This document shows, piece after piece, positions 24,301 to 35,893 of a stretch of DNA of 64,000 bases. Origin of the DNA: Protoeuglena noctilucae. Taxonomy: Eukaryota. A program made the position numbers and the translations under genes. The stretch is taken from NCBI GenBank assembly GCA_958009085.1, contig OY253681.1, forward strand, positions 868,001 through 932,000. Direction: 5' to 3'. Position 1 is the first letter of the stretch. Every line of letters starts with the position of its first letter. Below the pieces are notes generated by a model. That model was given only the letters and a program-made list of their open reading frames with translations, searched no databases and was not told where the DNA came from.

Positions 24301-25768
24301 TCAGAGGTGGACGTCCCGCTGCCGCTCCCAGCCCGGGCCGGCTGCACGGGTGCTACCCTCCCGCGGCGGCGGGGGCGCGCAGGGGGCCGCACCGCCGCCC
24401 CACCCACACCGCTGCTCGCCTCGCCATCCGCGGGCCCCTCAAACGCCGCCTCCGCCACCAAGTGCGCACCTTGCTGTGCACCCTTGCCACCCTGCACACC
24501 CTCGCCACCATCACCACCCCCACCACCACCCTCGCCACCCTCGCCCTCACGCGCTTCGCTCGCCTCTGCCTCCACCTCTGCCTCTTCCTCGCACCGCGAC
24601 GCCCCCCGTCCCTTCCTCGCGCCCTTCCCAGCGGCACCCTTGGCAGCGGCCCGCGTCACGAGCCTCCGCAGCTCTGCCTCGGGAACCACCGCCCGGTTCG
24701 GGAGCTGGGGCTCCCGGGTCCCGCCCGCCACCTTCCCTGCAGTGGGCTTGCGAGTCCCACCCCGCGCCTGGGAGCGCGTCACCGCCCCGCGACGCGTCCG
24801 TGCCGCCCGGCACGTGTCCCGCCCCGCGCCCTCGCTCCGCTCCTCGCTCGGCTCCTCCGCGAACAGCTGCACTTGCACGCCGCGCGTCTCGGGGGTCGGC
24901 GCCCCGTCCTCGCCCCTGCCGCTCGTGGGCTGGACGTTGCAGGTCGGCGGGGTGAGCGGGGGGGAGCTCTGGCCCTGCAGCGCCAGAGATGGCACCGGCA
25001 CCGGCAGCGGCACCGGCAGCGGCACTGCCCGCGGCCCATGCCGCCCCTTGTGGCGGATCGCGGCGCGCATGTCCCTGCCATCCATGTGCATCCACGCGTC
25101 CGTGTTGAAGATGGCCACCAACTGGTCGAGATGCTCCGTCTCGGTGAGAGGGCCCGGCTGGGAAGCAGCCTCGGGCTTGGGAGGCTCGGCTCTCCGCATC
25201 TGGGGAGGCAAGCGGGGCGTGGGTTGTGAGTTGGAGTTGGCTGGCGCAGGTCTCTGCTGAAGCCGATTGGCGAAGGCCGCTCCTGCGCCCGCCCCTCACC
25301 TGTTCCTGCGCCGCGGCCCAGCTCAGCCGCCTGTCCAGATCCCGCGAAATGGGGCGGGATTTGTAGACTTTCTCCTCCAGCTCGTCGAGCATCCAGTGCA
25401 GCAGGGCTTTCGCGCCGGGGAGGTACTCCGGGGTGGCGAGAAGTGTGTTGAAGTCGAACTTGACACTGCAATTATGGATCCGGGTCAGGTATGCGTCCCG
25501 TGCGACGCGGAGCTTGCGCGGAGCTCGCGACGGCAGTTGACGCTCACTTGTCCCGCCCCGCCACGTGTGTGACAGCGCCGAAGGCGCCGTGCAGCGCTGC
25601 AACTTTCGGGGTGATGTTTGTCGTGCTCGGCGGTAGCGTCTTCCAGGATACCGTCGCGGTCGCCTCCTCCGCGTCGCCCTGGACCAGGCTCTCGGGCCCC
25701 ACGTGCTCCTGACTGGTGCTCAGCAGGCCATGCGCTTGGAGGAACATCTCCTTCGCAATATCACCCAT
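21386..25768 (-). CDS. SRA/YDG-domain (methylcytosine-reader family) protein without a recognisable SET or RING domain
   Basis: VGNLPGLPVG..SRQMMRLVGAH..MDGI, CICDGGNYQ|DNAD, SYTGAGGNDL..KRDQKADQ, NRGMINSMHMGVPIRVWR, YVYDGLHRV, GFK|VFKFRLVRLPGQ, followed by an RG-rich tail. The long central region is low complexity. Confidence 0.88.
24025..24120 (-). repeat. 30-bp coding tandem repeat x3 (GGASAGGGRS)
   Basis: GCCCCTCCACTCCTGCCCCCTCCCGCGCTC-like unit repeated three times within the SRA gene exon. Confidence 0.85.
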
Positions 25769-26116
25769 CGTCGCGCCTCAGCGCGGCCCCGGGGGCCTCC
25801 AGCGGTACTCCCGCGCGCCTTTGCTGTGTCTCCCGCCAAAAGTGACGATCGCGCCGCGCTGAAGGGTTACAGACCAAGTGCGGATGCCCAAGCCTTTCAA
25901 TCACGTACTCTGACTCAGATCCGGCGCGGCTGGCCCAAATAGTGGGTCGTCGCACCGCGGGCGCCGTCTGACATGCGGGTCACACCCGCATGGGGCCTTG
26001 CACCGCTGTTCTTCGACGCCCCAGCCAAGCGACCAGACAGTCCGTGTAATAAGGACAGGTTATCTCCTTCATCAGGTCGACTAGGTCTGTTTGCGTGAAG
26101 AGCCTACCCCGGCCCC

Positions 26117-29100
26117 TCACGTCAGCCGGTGGGCCCCCCCGGCGGCTCCTTCCCTCCGCTTGGTCAGCTGTTTCCCCGCGTCTATCACACGCTTCTTCCG
26201 CGACAGCACCGCATCCCGCTTGCGCTTCTCGGAGGCCTCCTGCGGGCGAGGGAGAGCAGGGCGAGTGATGATGACAAAAGGAGGGTGGGTGACGGGGACA
26301 GAGGGTGAGTGATGGGGACAGAGACACGAAAGCAGTAGCATCACTGCCATCCCATGACGCCCTCGCCTTGGTGGCGCTCTTGCCGATCATCTTGGGCTTC
26401 TCCCTCAGCGCAAATGCATGGGCCGCGTGACCCAGGTGGAGCTTGTGGACCTGGAATATGTCCCTGCATGACAAGGGGACACGGTGGAAAGGCACATGGC
26501 TGGGGCTGCCACGTTGCCACACTTGGTACATCGCAGTCAACGACCTGCCTCACTGCGCTGTGGCACGTCGCATGTCACTGGCCAGGCGACCTCTCCCTCC
26601 CACGCTCGCCTGACGCTGGCCTTGCGCACAATCCATCACCCACACCACACCACACCGGCCCCCTCGTCTCACCTCACGCTGGCCTGGTGCAACACGTATG
26701 ACCCACCATCATGTCGTCTCACCTCACGCTGGCCTGGTGCACGGCGTAGGCCCTGATGTAGGACCGGAAGGCCGACTCGGCGAGCTTGGCGAGGGCGGGG
26801 TCGGCCGTGACGACCTCGGACAGCGTGCGCATGAGGAAGGCGCTGGCGGAGAGGACCCGGTCGCTGACGCCGGACAGAGGGGCGGGGTCGGTGGAGCCGG
26901 GGGCGGGGCGGCGACGCTGCGGGTGGGTAGTCAGTAAGTGGGGTAGGTCTGTGACTGAGTCAGTAGGTCAGAAGCGAGGGTGCTAGCCAGATCGCGGTAG
27001 GTGTAGCACTGGTCAGCATATGCCGAGCGTCACTAGGCGACACGGTTTGGATGAACAGCACTATCTTCGATATTTGAATTAACAATCCTCGCCTTGTCAG
27101 ATCCGAAGGGCGACAGTGCCTCGACGGGCAGTGCCGACAGCAGCCGCCCCGCCGCCATACGCTCGACCCTGAGACCCCGCGCCCGCAGCCGCTCCACGTA
27201 GGGCGTCTCGGATGGCAGCAGCATCAGCACCGCGTCACCGGTCCGGTGGAACCGGGCCGTGCGCCCGATCCTGCAAACACGTGCAACGAGTGACTGTAAG
27301 TGAGTGACAGTGGTGGCAATCACCGTGAGTACACTCGCACTGTGTTACTGTCTCTGTCTCCAAACCATTCCACATGTGCCACTGCCTGTCTCTCACAGTG
27401 CCGTTGTCAATCAGCGGCCATCACACGCGCACGCTCCACCCCGCACCCCAGCCACCCCTCGCCTGTGCACGTAGCTCTCCACCTCGCCCGGAGGATCGTA
27501 TTGCACGATCAACGACACGGATGGGAAGTCCAGGCCACGCGCCGCCACGTCCGTGCAGAGCAGCACCCCCGCCTCCGCCCGCACAAACGCCACAAACGCA
27601 GCCGACCTTGCGCCCTGGGGCATATTGCCGTGGAGTTTCCAGACGGGAGCGGGGACCAGCGGGCCCGCTAGGTCGCCGTCGCCGTCCTTGGCGCCCCCAT
27701 CGCCCCCGCCACGCTTGCGCTTGCGCCCCGCCCCATTCGCCTCCGCTCCCGCCCCCCCCGCTCCCCGCTCCGCCAGCGATCCCATCGCCCGCGGCCACAC
27801 GTCCGCGGCGAGCGCGTGCAGGAACTCGACGCCATCGCACGAAGACGCAAACACGACCGCCTTGCCGGTCCCGTCCCGCACCCGCGACCGCAGCAGCCCC
27901 AGCAGCGCGGGCAGGCGCGTCTTGGCGGGAACTTCAACGAAGAATTGACGGAGCGTCGCGGGGATATCAAAGACCTCTTCCTCACCCGCAGAGGCGGCCC
28001 CAGCTGCACTTGCGCCATCGCCCCTCTCTGCACCCGCTTTCCCGCCGCCGCCGCCGCCATCCCTCTCCGCTGCGTTGCTGGGAACATCGTGGACTGCGGC
28101 GGCGTGGCTGACGGCGACGCCGCCCCCGGCCGCGGCGGAGAGGGCAAAGCCGACGGTGGCGGGGTCGTGGAGGGACATGGACGCCAGGTGGGAGAGGTCG
28201 GGGTGGAGCGTGGCCGAGTACAGAAGGCGCCTGAAAGGGGCAAAGAAGGGGGAGAGAGCGTGCGAGGGCGGAGGGGTGCAGTCTGTCAGGGATCAAACGC
28301 AACGCACCCGCTGTCGTGCGCTGCATTGCACCACGGTGCATTCGTCCCCATCGGTACCTAGGTCCCTCGCCTGAACCGCCCCGCGCGTCCCCGCTTCTCC
28401 AGCGCCTTGACGATGTCCCCCAGTACTTCCCGGAACCCCATGTCGAGCAGTCGATCTGCCTCGTCCAGCACCAGCCACGCCAGGCGTGACGTGTCCAGAG
28501 ATGCGGTGTTGACCAAATGGTCCAGGAGGCGGCCGGGGGTGCCCGTCAGCACCGAGACGCCCTTTCTGAGACGTATAAGAGCAGGTGCAGGGGTTGCTGG
28601 TGTGCGAGCAGTGCGATGGGATGCAAGGGGGTTGGAAGCGTCATGGTGGGCCATGCAGCGTAGTTACGCTCTCTATTACACCTCTGCCAGTGGCCTTCTC
28701 ACCCCGTCCCTCTCTCTCTCTCTGCCCCACCCCTCACCTCCGCCACTCTTATCTCACCCAGTCCCTCTCTCCATCTCCCACCCCTCACCTCAGCCGCGCC
28801 TTCTCACACCCCTGTCCCTCCCTCTGTCTCCCCCCTCACCTCAGCCGCGCCTTCTCCTTCGCCCGGTTCTCCCCCCCCGACACGCACGACCCCACCACCC
28901 AGTGGAAGCGCCTCAGCAGCACAGCCAAGACATCCGCGATCTGGGAGGCCAGCTCACGGGTGGGCGCAACCACCACCGCGTACGTGCCATCTGCGAGCGA
29001 GGGGGAGAGGGATCAAGGGCGTTGTGTTGAACGCACAAACTAGGCTTTAAGGGCAACGCATGGATGTTGCACACACGCTCACTGTGCCCCTATCCTCTTT

Positions 29101-30763
29101 TACGCATCCTGACCACACCCCTCTTCCCTCACCCCACCCCTCCATCCCCCTCACCCTCCCGCTTGACTCGTGGCTCGCGTCCCCCCAAGTCGTCCACGAT
29201 GGGCATCAAGAAGCACAAAGTCTTCCCCGACCCCGTCGACGCCCTGACCATCACGTCCCGCCCCGCCACGGCAGGCGGGATGGCCGCCGCTTGCACCGAC
29301 GTGGGCGTCACAAAACCCGACGCCCTCACATGCGCGCTCAGAGCGGGGCCGATGCCCAGTGCCTCCCAGGACCCCTCCTCTGCGCCACCCTCGCCGTTCT
29401 GTGCTTCGCTATTACCGCCGCCGCCCGCGTGGGTCAGCTCCCCTGCCCTGGGCCTCGCCCCCGGCTGCACCCCGGACTTGTGACGGTCCCGCCGCCTCGC
29501 CCTCGCTGGCCGGGGCGCCCCCGTCTTCGCCATGGCACTCGAGGGGGGCGCATCGGGCATTCTGAAAGAACGACGAGGGTCTCAGTAGACTTGAGGCAGA
29601 GCCAAGGACAGGCAAAGCGCAAGGGAGGCCGTTCTGCTGTCTACATCCTCACTTCCACTTTCATCAACCATACTTCAGCCGCACTCACCCCAGACACTCC
29701 TCGTCTTCTGACAGAGACCCCTCCCCGCCCTCGTCGCCCCCCGGCCCCACTGCCCCACCCGACAGAGACGAAGACTGCGACTCGGACAGCCCAGCCACCG
29801 GCACCCGCTTGCTACGCGCTGCCGCGGCCCCGTTCGTCATGCGCTGCTGGACTTTACCGAACGCTTTCTCGAAGTTCCCGAACGTCTCTTCGCCCCCGGA
29901 AGACTCCGACTCTGACGTTGCATCGGACCCAGGGGCGTGCGGCCTGCCACCCCGGCCCAGGCGAGCCTCCGCTTCCCGGTCGCGGCTCGCGGCGAGCGCC
30001 ACTGCGGCCGAGACGCGGCGGGGCGACGAAGTGATACGACCGTGGCACGGCAGGGTGCATGATGTGCTGCGGAGCGCACGCTTCGTGCTGTGACGCGCAC
30101 CTGCTTGCTGCACCACGTCCGCGGCGTCCTCGGGAACAGCGGCGCCATAATCGTCCTCTGCATCTGCGCAGCCGGAGGAGCTGGTGCGGCATGAAATCAA
30201 CGCGAGGACTCGCTGTGTTGGGAGCATCAGTTGTGCGCCGATGCGCGCCGGCGCTTACCGGCCGTCGCCACGGCCGCGACCGGGCGCCGCCGCGACTTTC
30301 CCCTTCCAGCTGCACCACCGCCCCTGCCAAGTGCTGCCCCGGGCTCCGCCCGCTTCCCGCGCGAGGCGCCCCAGTCGCTCCCGCCGGCTCTCCCTGCCCC
30401 GTTCGCGACCCGCCGTCCGCCGCCTCGGCCCTCCGCAGCGCCGACCGCACGCTCTGGCTTCCGATGCCCATCGCGCCCGGGTGCAGCGTCTCCGCGCGGC
30501 TGGCGCTGCTGCGCCGACTGCTTCCCTAACTTGGCAGCCTGCGCGCAACCCTGGAGTCGCTTCCGTGCAGTGGCTGAGCCCAGCGAGTGCAGGCAAAAGC
30601 AAATTTGCCGATGGCAACGCTATCGTGGCGATATAGACTCTGCAACGCCACCCAGCGGGCACCGCCCGCACGTGCACACCTGCCCAGACCGGCGCCGCTT
30701 GCGCCCCCTGCCGCCACCTCCACTGCCGAGGTTCAACACCAAGCCCGCATCGTCGTCGTCCAT
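26117..30763 (-). CDS. DBP7: DEAD-box RNA helicase DBP7/DDX31 (plant RH17-like)
   Basis: N-terminus [118 protein letters not shown]. Confidence 0.95.
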
Positions 30764-31111
30764 GTCACGTCCCCGGAGTCTCCCCTGGCGATGGCTGCAA
30801 GTTGCCTTCTCCTAAGCTTTCACCATCGATAGCGCAAGGGATTCCTGCCAATGTCTTGACGCCGCAGAGGAGTGAACGCAATGGTGTTCGGCTCAAGCGT
30901 CTCGGCGGCAGGAACGGCTTGACTTGCGCGCACGCGCCAGTCTCGCCTCTGAAGGCAGGAAAGCCGCCCACGTTGAACCTGATTATGCTTAGTCCGGAGA
31001 TGAGCGCGGCATATTGCATGTGATGAGCCCATTGCATTCGGGGAGCACCTGGCGGGCATAGCTTCGGTGGAGCACCCTGAGCCGTCGATCCTTCGTCTTC
31101 ACTCATGCTTG

Positions 31112-33048
31112 ATGGCGCGCGTGGACCTTAAAATTGCGGTCCTGGGTTGGCAGGGCTGTGGCAAAAGCTGTCTGGTGGACAGGTGGGGGCCGAGGAGCCC
31201 TCACTGCAAGGTCATGCTTCGGCGCCCGCTCTCGGACACTGCAGCGCTACCCTCGCCCCGATGCCCGCAGATTTATCAGCGGAAGGTACGATGAGGCGCA
31301 AAAGAACACGATTGGCGCAGCCTTCGCCGCGAAAAAGACGCCCACGTCAAAAACGGTCCCGTTACCATTGGACTTTGGGACACGGCGGGGGCCGAGGTGC
31401 GCTTTTGCTTTCAAGCCAGGCCGCGCTGGATATTATCGGTCATTTTCAGGCCGTTTGCAGCGCTGCGGGGGTCCTCGTCGCTGCCCGAGGCCCGACCCAT
31501 GCAAGGGCTTGACTGCCTTCGTCCGCACGCAATCCCCGCGGCCTCCGCCCCCCGCAGCGTTTCGCGGGCCTGACGCGCGCGTATTACACGAGTGCGCGCG
31601 TCGCCATCGTGTGTTTCGACGCTCTGGACTCGGCGTCGTGGCGTCCGCCCAGGCGTGGGTGCGAGAGGTGCAGGAGAGCGAACCTCGCTGCGCCGTGTGC
31701 CTCGTCTGCACCAAGGCGGACCTCTGGCTCGAGGACGCGGCCTCCTACCGCAGCGTCGCGCGCGGCTACGAGTCCGACTCGTCCAGCGGCGCCTTCTCCT
31801 TCGGCGGCCGACCCAACCGCACGCGGTGAGCGGAAGCGCAGCCGGCCACCCTGCCAAGCGCCGGCACGCCCGCTCGACACGGCCGCGCGACTCTGTGCGG
31901 CGCCGATCCCTCGCCGTCCTCCACGCTCGCCAATCAACGCAACCGCTGCCCCCTCCCTCGCCCGCCTTGCCGCAGCAATCGCAGCGAGGGTGCCTTGAGC
32001 GTGACGCCATCCGAGGCGCCCTCTGCGCCGGGGGACGTCCTGCCACGACCGACGCCGGCCCCGGACGCGGGCACCGCGGCCCCCATCCCCGCCTCCGCCC
32101 GCCCCAGCATTTCCGAATGGGCCCGGTCTGACCTGCCACTGGACCTGAGTCAGGTGGACACCGTGGCGAGGGAGGCCGGGGCTCGCGTGTTCGTCACCTC
32201 GGCTCGGACAGGGTTCCAGTGCTACGAGGTCTTTCAGTTTCTGGCCGAGGAGTATGGGGAGCAGGTGAGGGGTGCGGAGGGGTGGGAACTGAGCGTAGTG
32301 GGTGTGGGGGGTTGTGAGAAGGGAGTGAGGAGCAGTAAGAGTAAGAGATCGCAGAGACATTGGAGGTGCTAGCACTAGTCTATGCAGCCCATGTGACCAA
32401 ACGGAGGCGTCATGCGTGTCGTGTGGCCCAGCTGTTGAGCGGTCACAGCATGAGCATGTAATAGCACATTATGGCTCCCATCGTACGCAGTCGTTGCAAG
32501 CGGAGGAGAGCGGCGCGTGGGTCGCGCGCGCCCAGGCGTCCGTCGCCACGGACGATGGCCTGGCGTCCGCACAGTCCGTGCTTGTGGGTGAGGGGACGAC
32601 CCGGGGGGGTTTGACCCCGTCCCCGCCACTGCTGGAGGGATCGGTGGGAACGGGGCATTACAGCGACCGGGGCGGCGACTTGGGGGCGGGCGGTGCAAGG
32701 GCGTCTGAGGGCGAGCGGATGGCTATGCGGAGCGAAGGGTCGGGGGCCAGGCGGCGGTGGGAGCAAGAGGGGAGGGGCATAGGGGTTATAGGGGACTCGG
32801 GGGCGACTGTGCGAGGGGGGCGCGGAGTGAAGGGGGCGGGCTTGCGTGTGAGGGCTGGGGAAAGCAGGTCGAATCGCGGGGCAGCAGGGGCGGGGGCGTG
32901 GCGTGGGGCGGGGGGTGCGTGGTGGTGGTGGCAGATGCTGCAGGCGTTGTGTTGCTGCTGCTGCTGCTGCTGCTGCTGCGGGGTTGAGGCGGAGGCGGGA
33001 GAGCACAGGGAGGGTGCCGAGCCGCTGTTGCCAAGTGCTGCGTCCTAG
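31112..33048 (+). CDS. Rab24-like small GTPase; two apparent single-base frameshifts in this sequence
   Basis: KIAVLGWQGCGKSCLV, QKNTIGAAFAAK, GLWDTAGAE|RF..YY..A..AIVCFD, TKADL, TSARTG. WDTAG and TKADL are reached only after frame changes at ~31332-31336 and ~31640-31641. Confidence 0.82.
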
Positions 33049-33538
33049 CACAGCGGGGTTGGGCCCAACGTGACATGCGGCATGTGGGCTCTGTGTTTTG
33101 ACCCCTGCTGTGGCAGCGGGCTCGCGTGTAAATCTTATTACACTCGGGTGTGCCCCGTCCTATTATGTGACTTCCTCGCTGGCACGGTGGTGTTGAAAAA
33201 CACCGGTTTTGTAGGTACAGGGAAACTGAGCCCGGGGGCTGGGGTGGGCGGGTCATGACATATCATGGCACATACAAGCGCAGCGTCGTGGCACAAGCAG
33301 CGAGCGATCAGAAACAGCCAGGAACAGGACAGGAAACGCCCCCAGGGTGCGGACGTGGCGCACCTCTCGGCTGCCACGCCCGCGGAGACATGGACATACG
33401 AGCCTTGCTTAGGCTTACATGTGGCCGAATGGGGCCGGAGACGTGAGAAATCGCATCTGCAACAAAGACCGGCCGAGGGTGGGCGCTGGGCAGCTCTCTC
33501 ACCTGCGCAGCGCACTCACCTGGCCTGGGTACACACCC

Positions 33539-35547
33539 TTATCGGATGTTGATGGAGCGCAGGACCGAGCTGCGCCCCGTGGGGAGCTTGACGGACTTGG
33601 CCTGCGGCGAGAGAGAGTACGAGGGGGTCGGGACACCACCTGACAACATGGCCATGTTGCACCGCATGCGTGTGCCCCGTCAAAGTGCACCAGAGCAAGC
33701 GCACGTTACAGAAGCGCTAACAGACGCGTCGTCAGCCACCGCGCTCGCCTGGGGCTCCCCGAAGACGTTCCAGAAGCGGATGGTCTCGTCAGCGGCGGCG
33801 CTGACGACGGCCGTGCCGTCGGGCGACTGGGCCATGTGCAGCACGCGCGCCGAGTGGCCCGTGAGCTCCGCCATCTTGGCCATCGAGGGGTACTTCCACA
33901 GGCACAGCTGGTTCTGGGCGTAGCCGTGGCTCGAGAGGATCTCGCGCTCGTGGCGGTTCCACTGCAGCGCGCAGACCTGAGACCCCGTGTCGATGGAGTT
34001 GACGCAGGCGCCCGTGTGCGTGTTCCAGAACTGCGGGGGGTGCGGGGTGTTGGGGTATCAGCCGGGCAAGCGCGGCGGAGGTAGGCGCGGCCAGCCCAGC
34101 GACCGTGGCGGTTGTTGCATAGTCAAGCGCGTGCACAGTGCTCGCCTTGATGCAGCGGTCGGCGGACCCGCCACCGGACGCCAGCAGGTTGCTCTGGAAG
34201 GGGCACCACGCCAGGGCCTTGACGGCGGCCTGGTGGGCCTCGAGGCGCAGGGCGGGGGCTTGGGCGTCGCGGTTGGAGACGGCGGCGTCCCAGATGCACA
34301 GCAGGTTGTCGTTGCCGCCCGATGCCAGCTGCTGGCCGGAGGGGGACCACTTGAGCCCGCACACCTCCTGCTCGTGCGCGACCAGGCGCGCCTGGACGTG
34401 CTCGCGGACGCGGACGTCGTGCAAGAGGATGGCGGAGTCGCGGCCGCCCGTGGCCAGGGTGTGGCCGGACCAGGAGGACGCGGACACGCGCCCGGCGTGC
34501 CCCCGCAGAGAGCGGACCTGCCGGGAGCGCGCCGCGTCCCAGATCTGCACCTCGGCGGCGTTGGTGCCCACCGCGATGTGCTTGCCGTCGGCGGCCCACG
34601 ACACGGACGTCACGAAGTCGCCCTCCCCGGAGGTCTCCATCAGCTGGGAGATGTCGCCCGTGCCGGCGTTCCACAGGTACACTGCGGGACGCGGAAGGGA
34701 GGGAGGCGATCAGCAGGAGAACGGACTAGATGGTCCACAGGCGACGAGGGCAGGGGCGGACGTGCAGCGCAGGTGGGTGGTGGAGCGCAGCGCCGGCGCC
34801 GAGCGTACCTGCGGTGCCGAGGGCGACGGCGACCACGTTGGTGGAGGACCAGTCGAGGAGGTTGAGGTAGTAGTCATCGACCAGCTCCGGAGCGTCGAGG
34901 ATGCGCTCGGGCGCCGTCGGGATCTGGCGGAACTGCTTCCGCGACGGGGCCTTCTGGCCGTTGGCCGTGTAGATGCCCGCCATGCCGTTCTCATGCCCCG
35001 CGGGGGGCGCGGGGGCCTGCGGGGGCGCGATTGCAGGCAGCGTTGCTGGCCTGCCTTGGGGGGCCAGCGGTCGCGGGGAGCGCGCGGGTAAGGTCGCGCG
35101 CGCCGCTCACCTTCGACTTGAAAGCGAGGATGCGCGCGGTGCCCTTCTCGCCGGCGGCGAGCCCCTCAGCGATGCGGCGGTGGTACTCCTCCTTGGAGGG
35201 CGAGACCAGCTCCGACATGCTGTTCTCGACGTCCACGTCACGCGTCAGCGCGAAGTTGGCGACATCGAGATCCAGGGCACCGCGGTTGGGGATGAACCGG
35301 TCGACCTGCGGGCGCGGGGACCGCAGGGTTCGGCGATGTTAACAACGGGCATGGCGGGAGTCGCTCGGCGACGGCGCGGCCCCGTTCACGCGACAGGCAC
35401 GCTCAGCCGGTTGAAAAGCGCAAAAACAAGCGAGGCAGGCGGATCATCGCCCGGCATCGCGGGGATCGCGTGCGGGAACATGCCGCTCACCTGCGCCCTC
35501 TTGGGCGTGGCGCACGCGTTCCTGGAAGGCGTGCAGACGTTCTCCAT
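33539..35547 (-). CDS. CDC20: CDC20 (fizzy) APC/C activator, 6 coding exons
   Basis: C-box DRFIPNR, RILAFK motif, [23 protein letters not shown]40 repeats. The C-terminal IR tail (...RSINIR*, exon 33539-33601) is reached through GC-AG intron 33602-33748. Confidence 0.96.
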
Positions 35548-35893
35548 GGTGACCTGTTCCTGCAATCAGATGAGACGGGCAGAAAAGGGGATCCTCGGGC
35601 CGAAGCCGTCGGGGGTTGCGGAAGGCTTTGTGCAGCGGTGCTGGGCACGCGCTGCGATCGCTTTGGACGCTTTGGACGCTTTGATCGCTGGAGGGCTGGA
35701 GGGCGGGTGGACAGTTCGCGGGTCGGCGCGGACCCTCTTGAGCCCCTGGCGCGACACAGGCTTCTAACAAGGGCTTGGGTAGGTTCAACCCAGTCACTGT
35801 CCCCGAGCTACATCTCGAGCAACGGGTGTCATGCTGCCCGTAAGGGGTAAGCGTGGATCACGGCTGCCGCCAGGAAGCGACTGGAAGGCCCGC

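Noticed and set aside
33680..33748. CDC20 apparently lacking its IR tail (ORF ends ...CSGAL*)
   Set aside because: GC-AG intron 33602-33748 restores the ...SINIR* ending.
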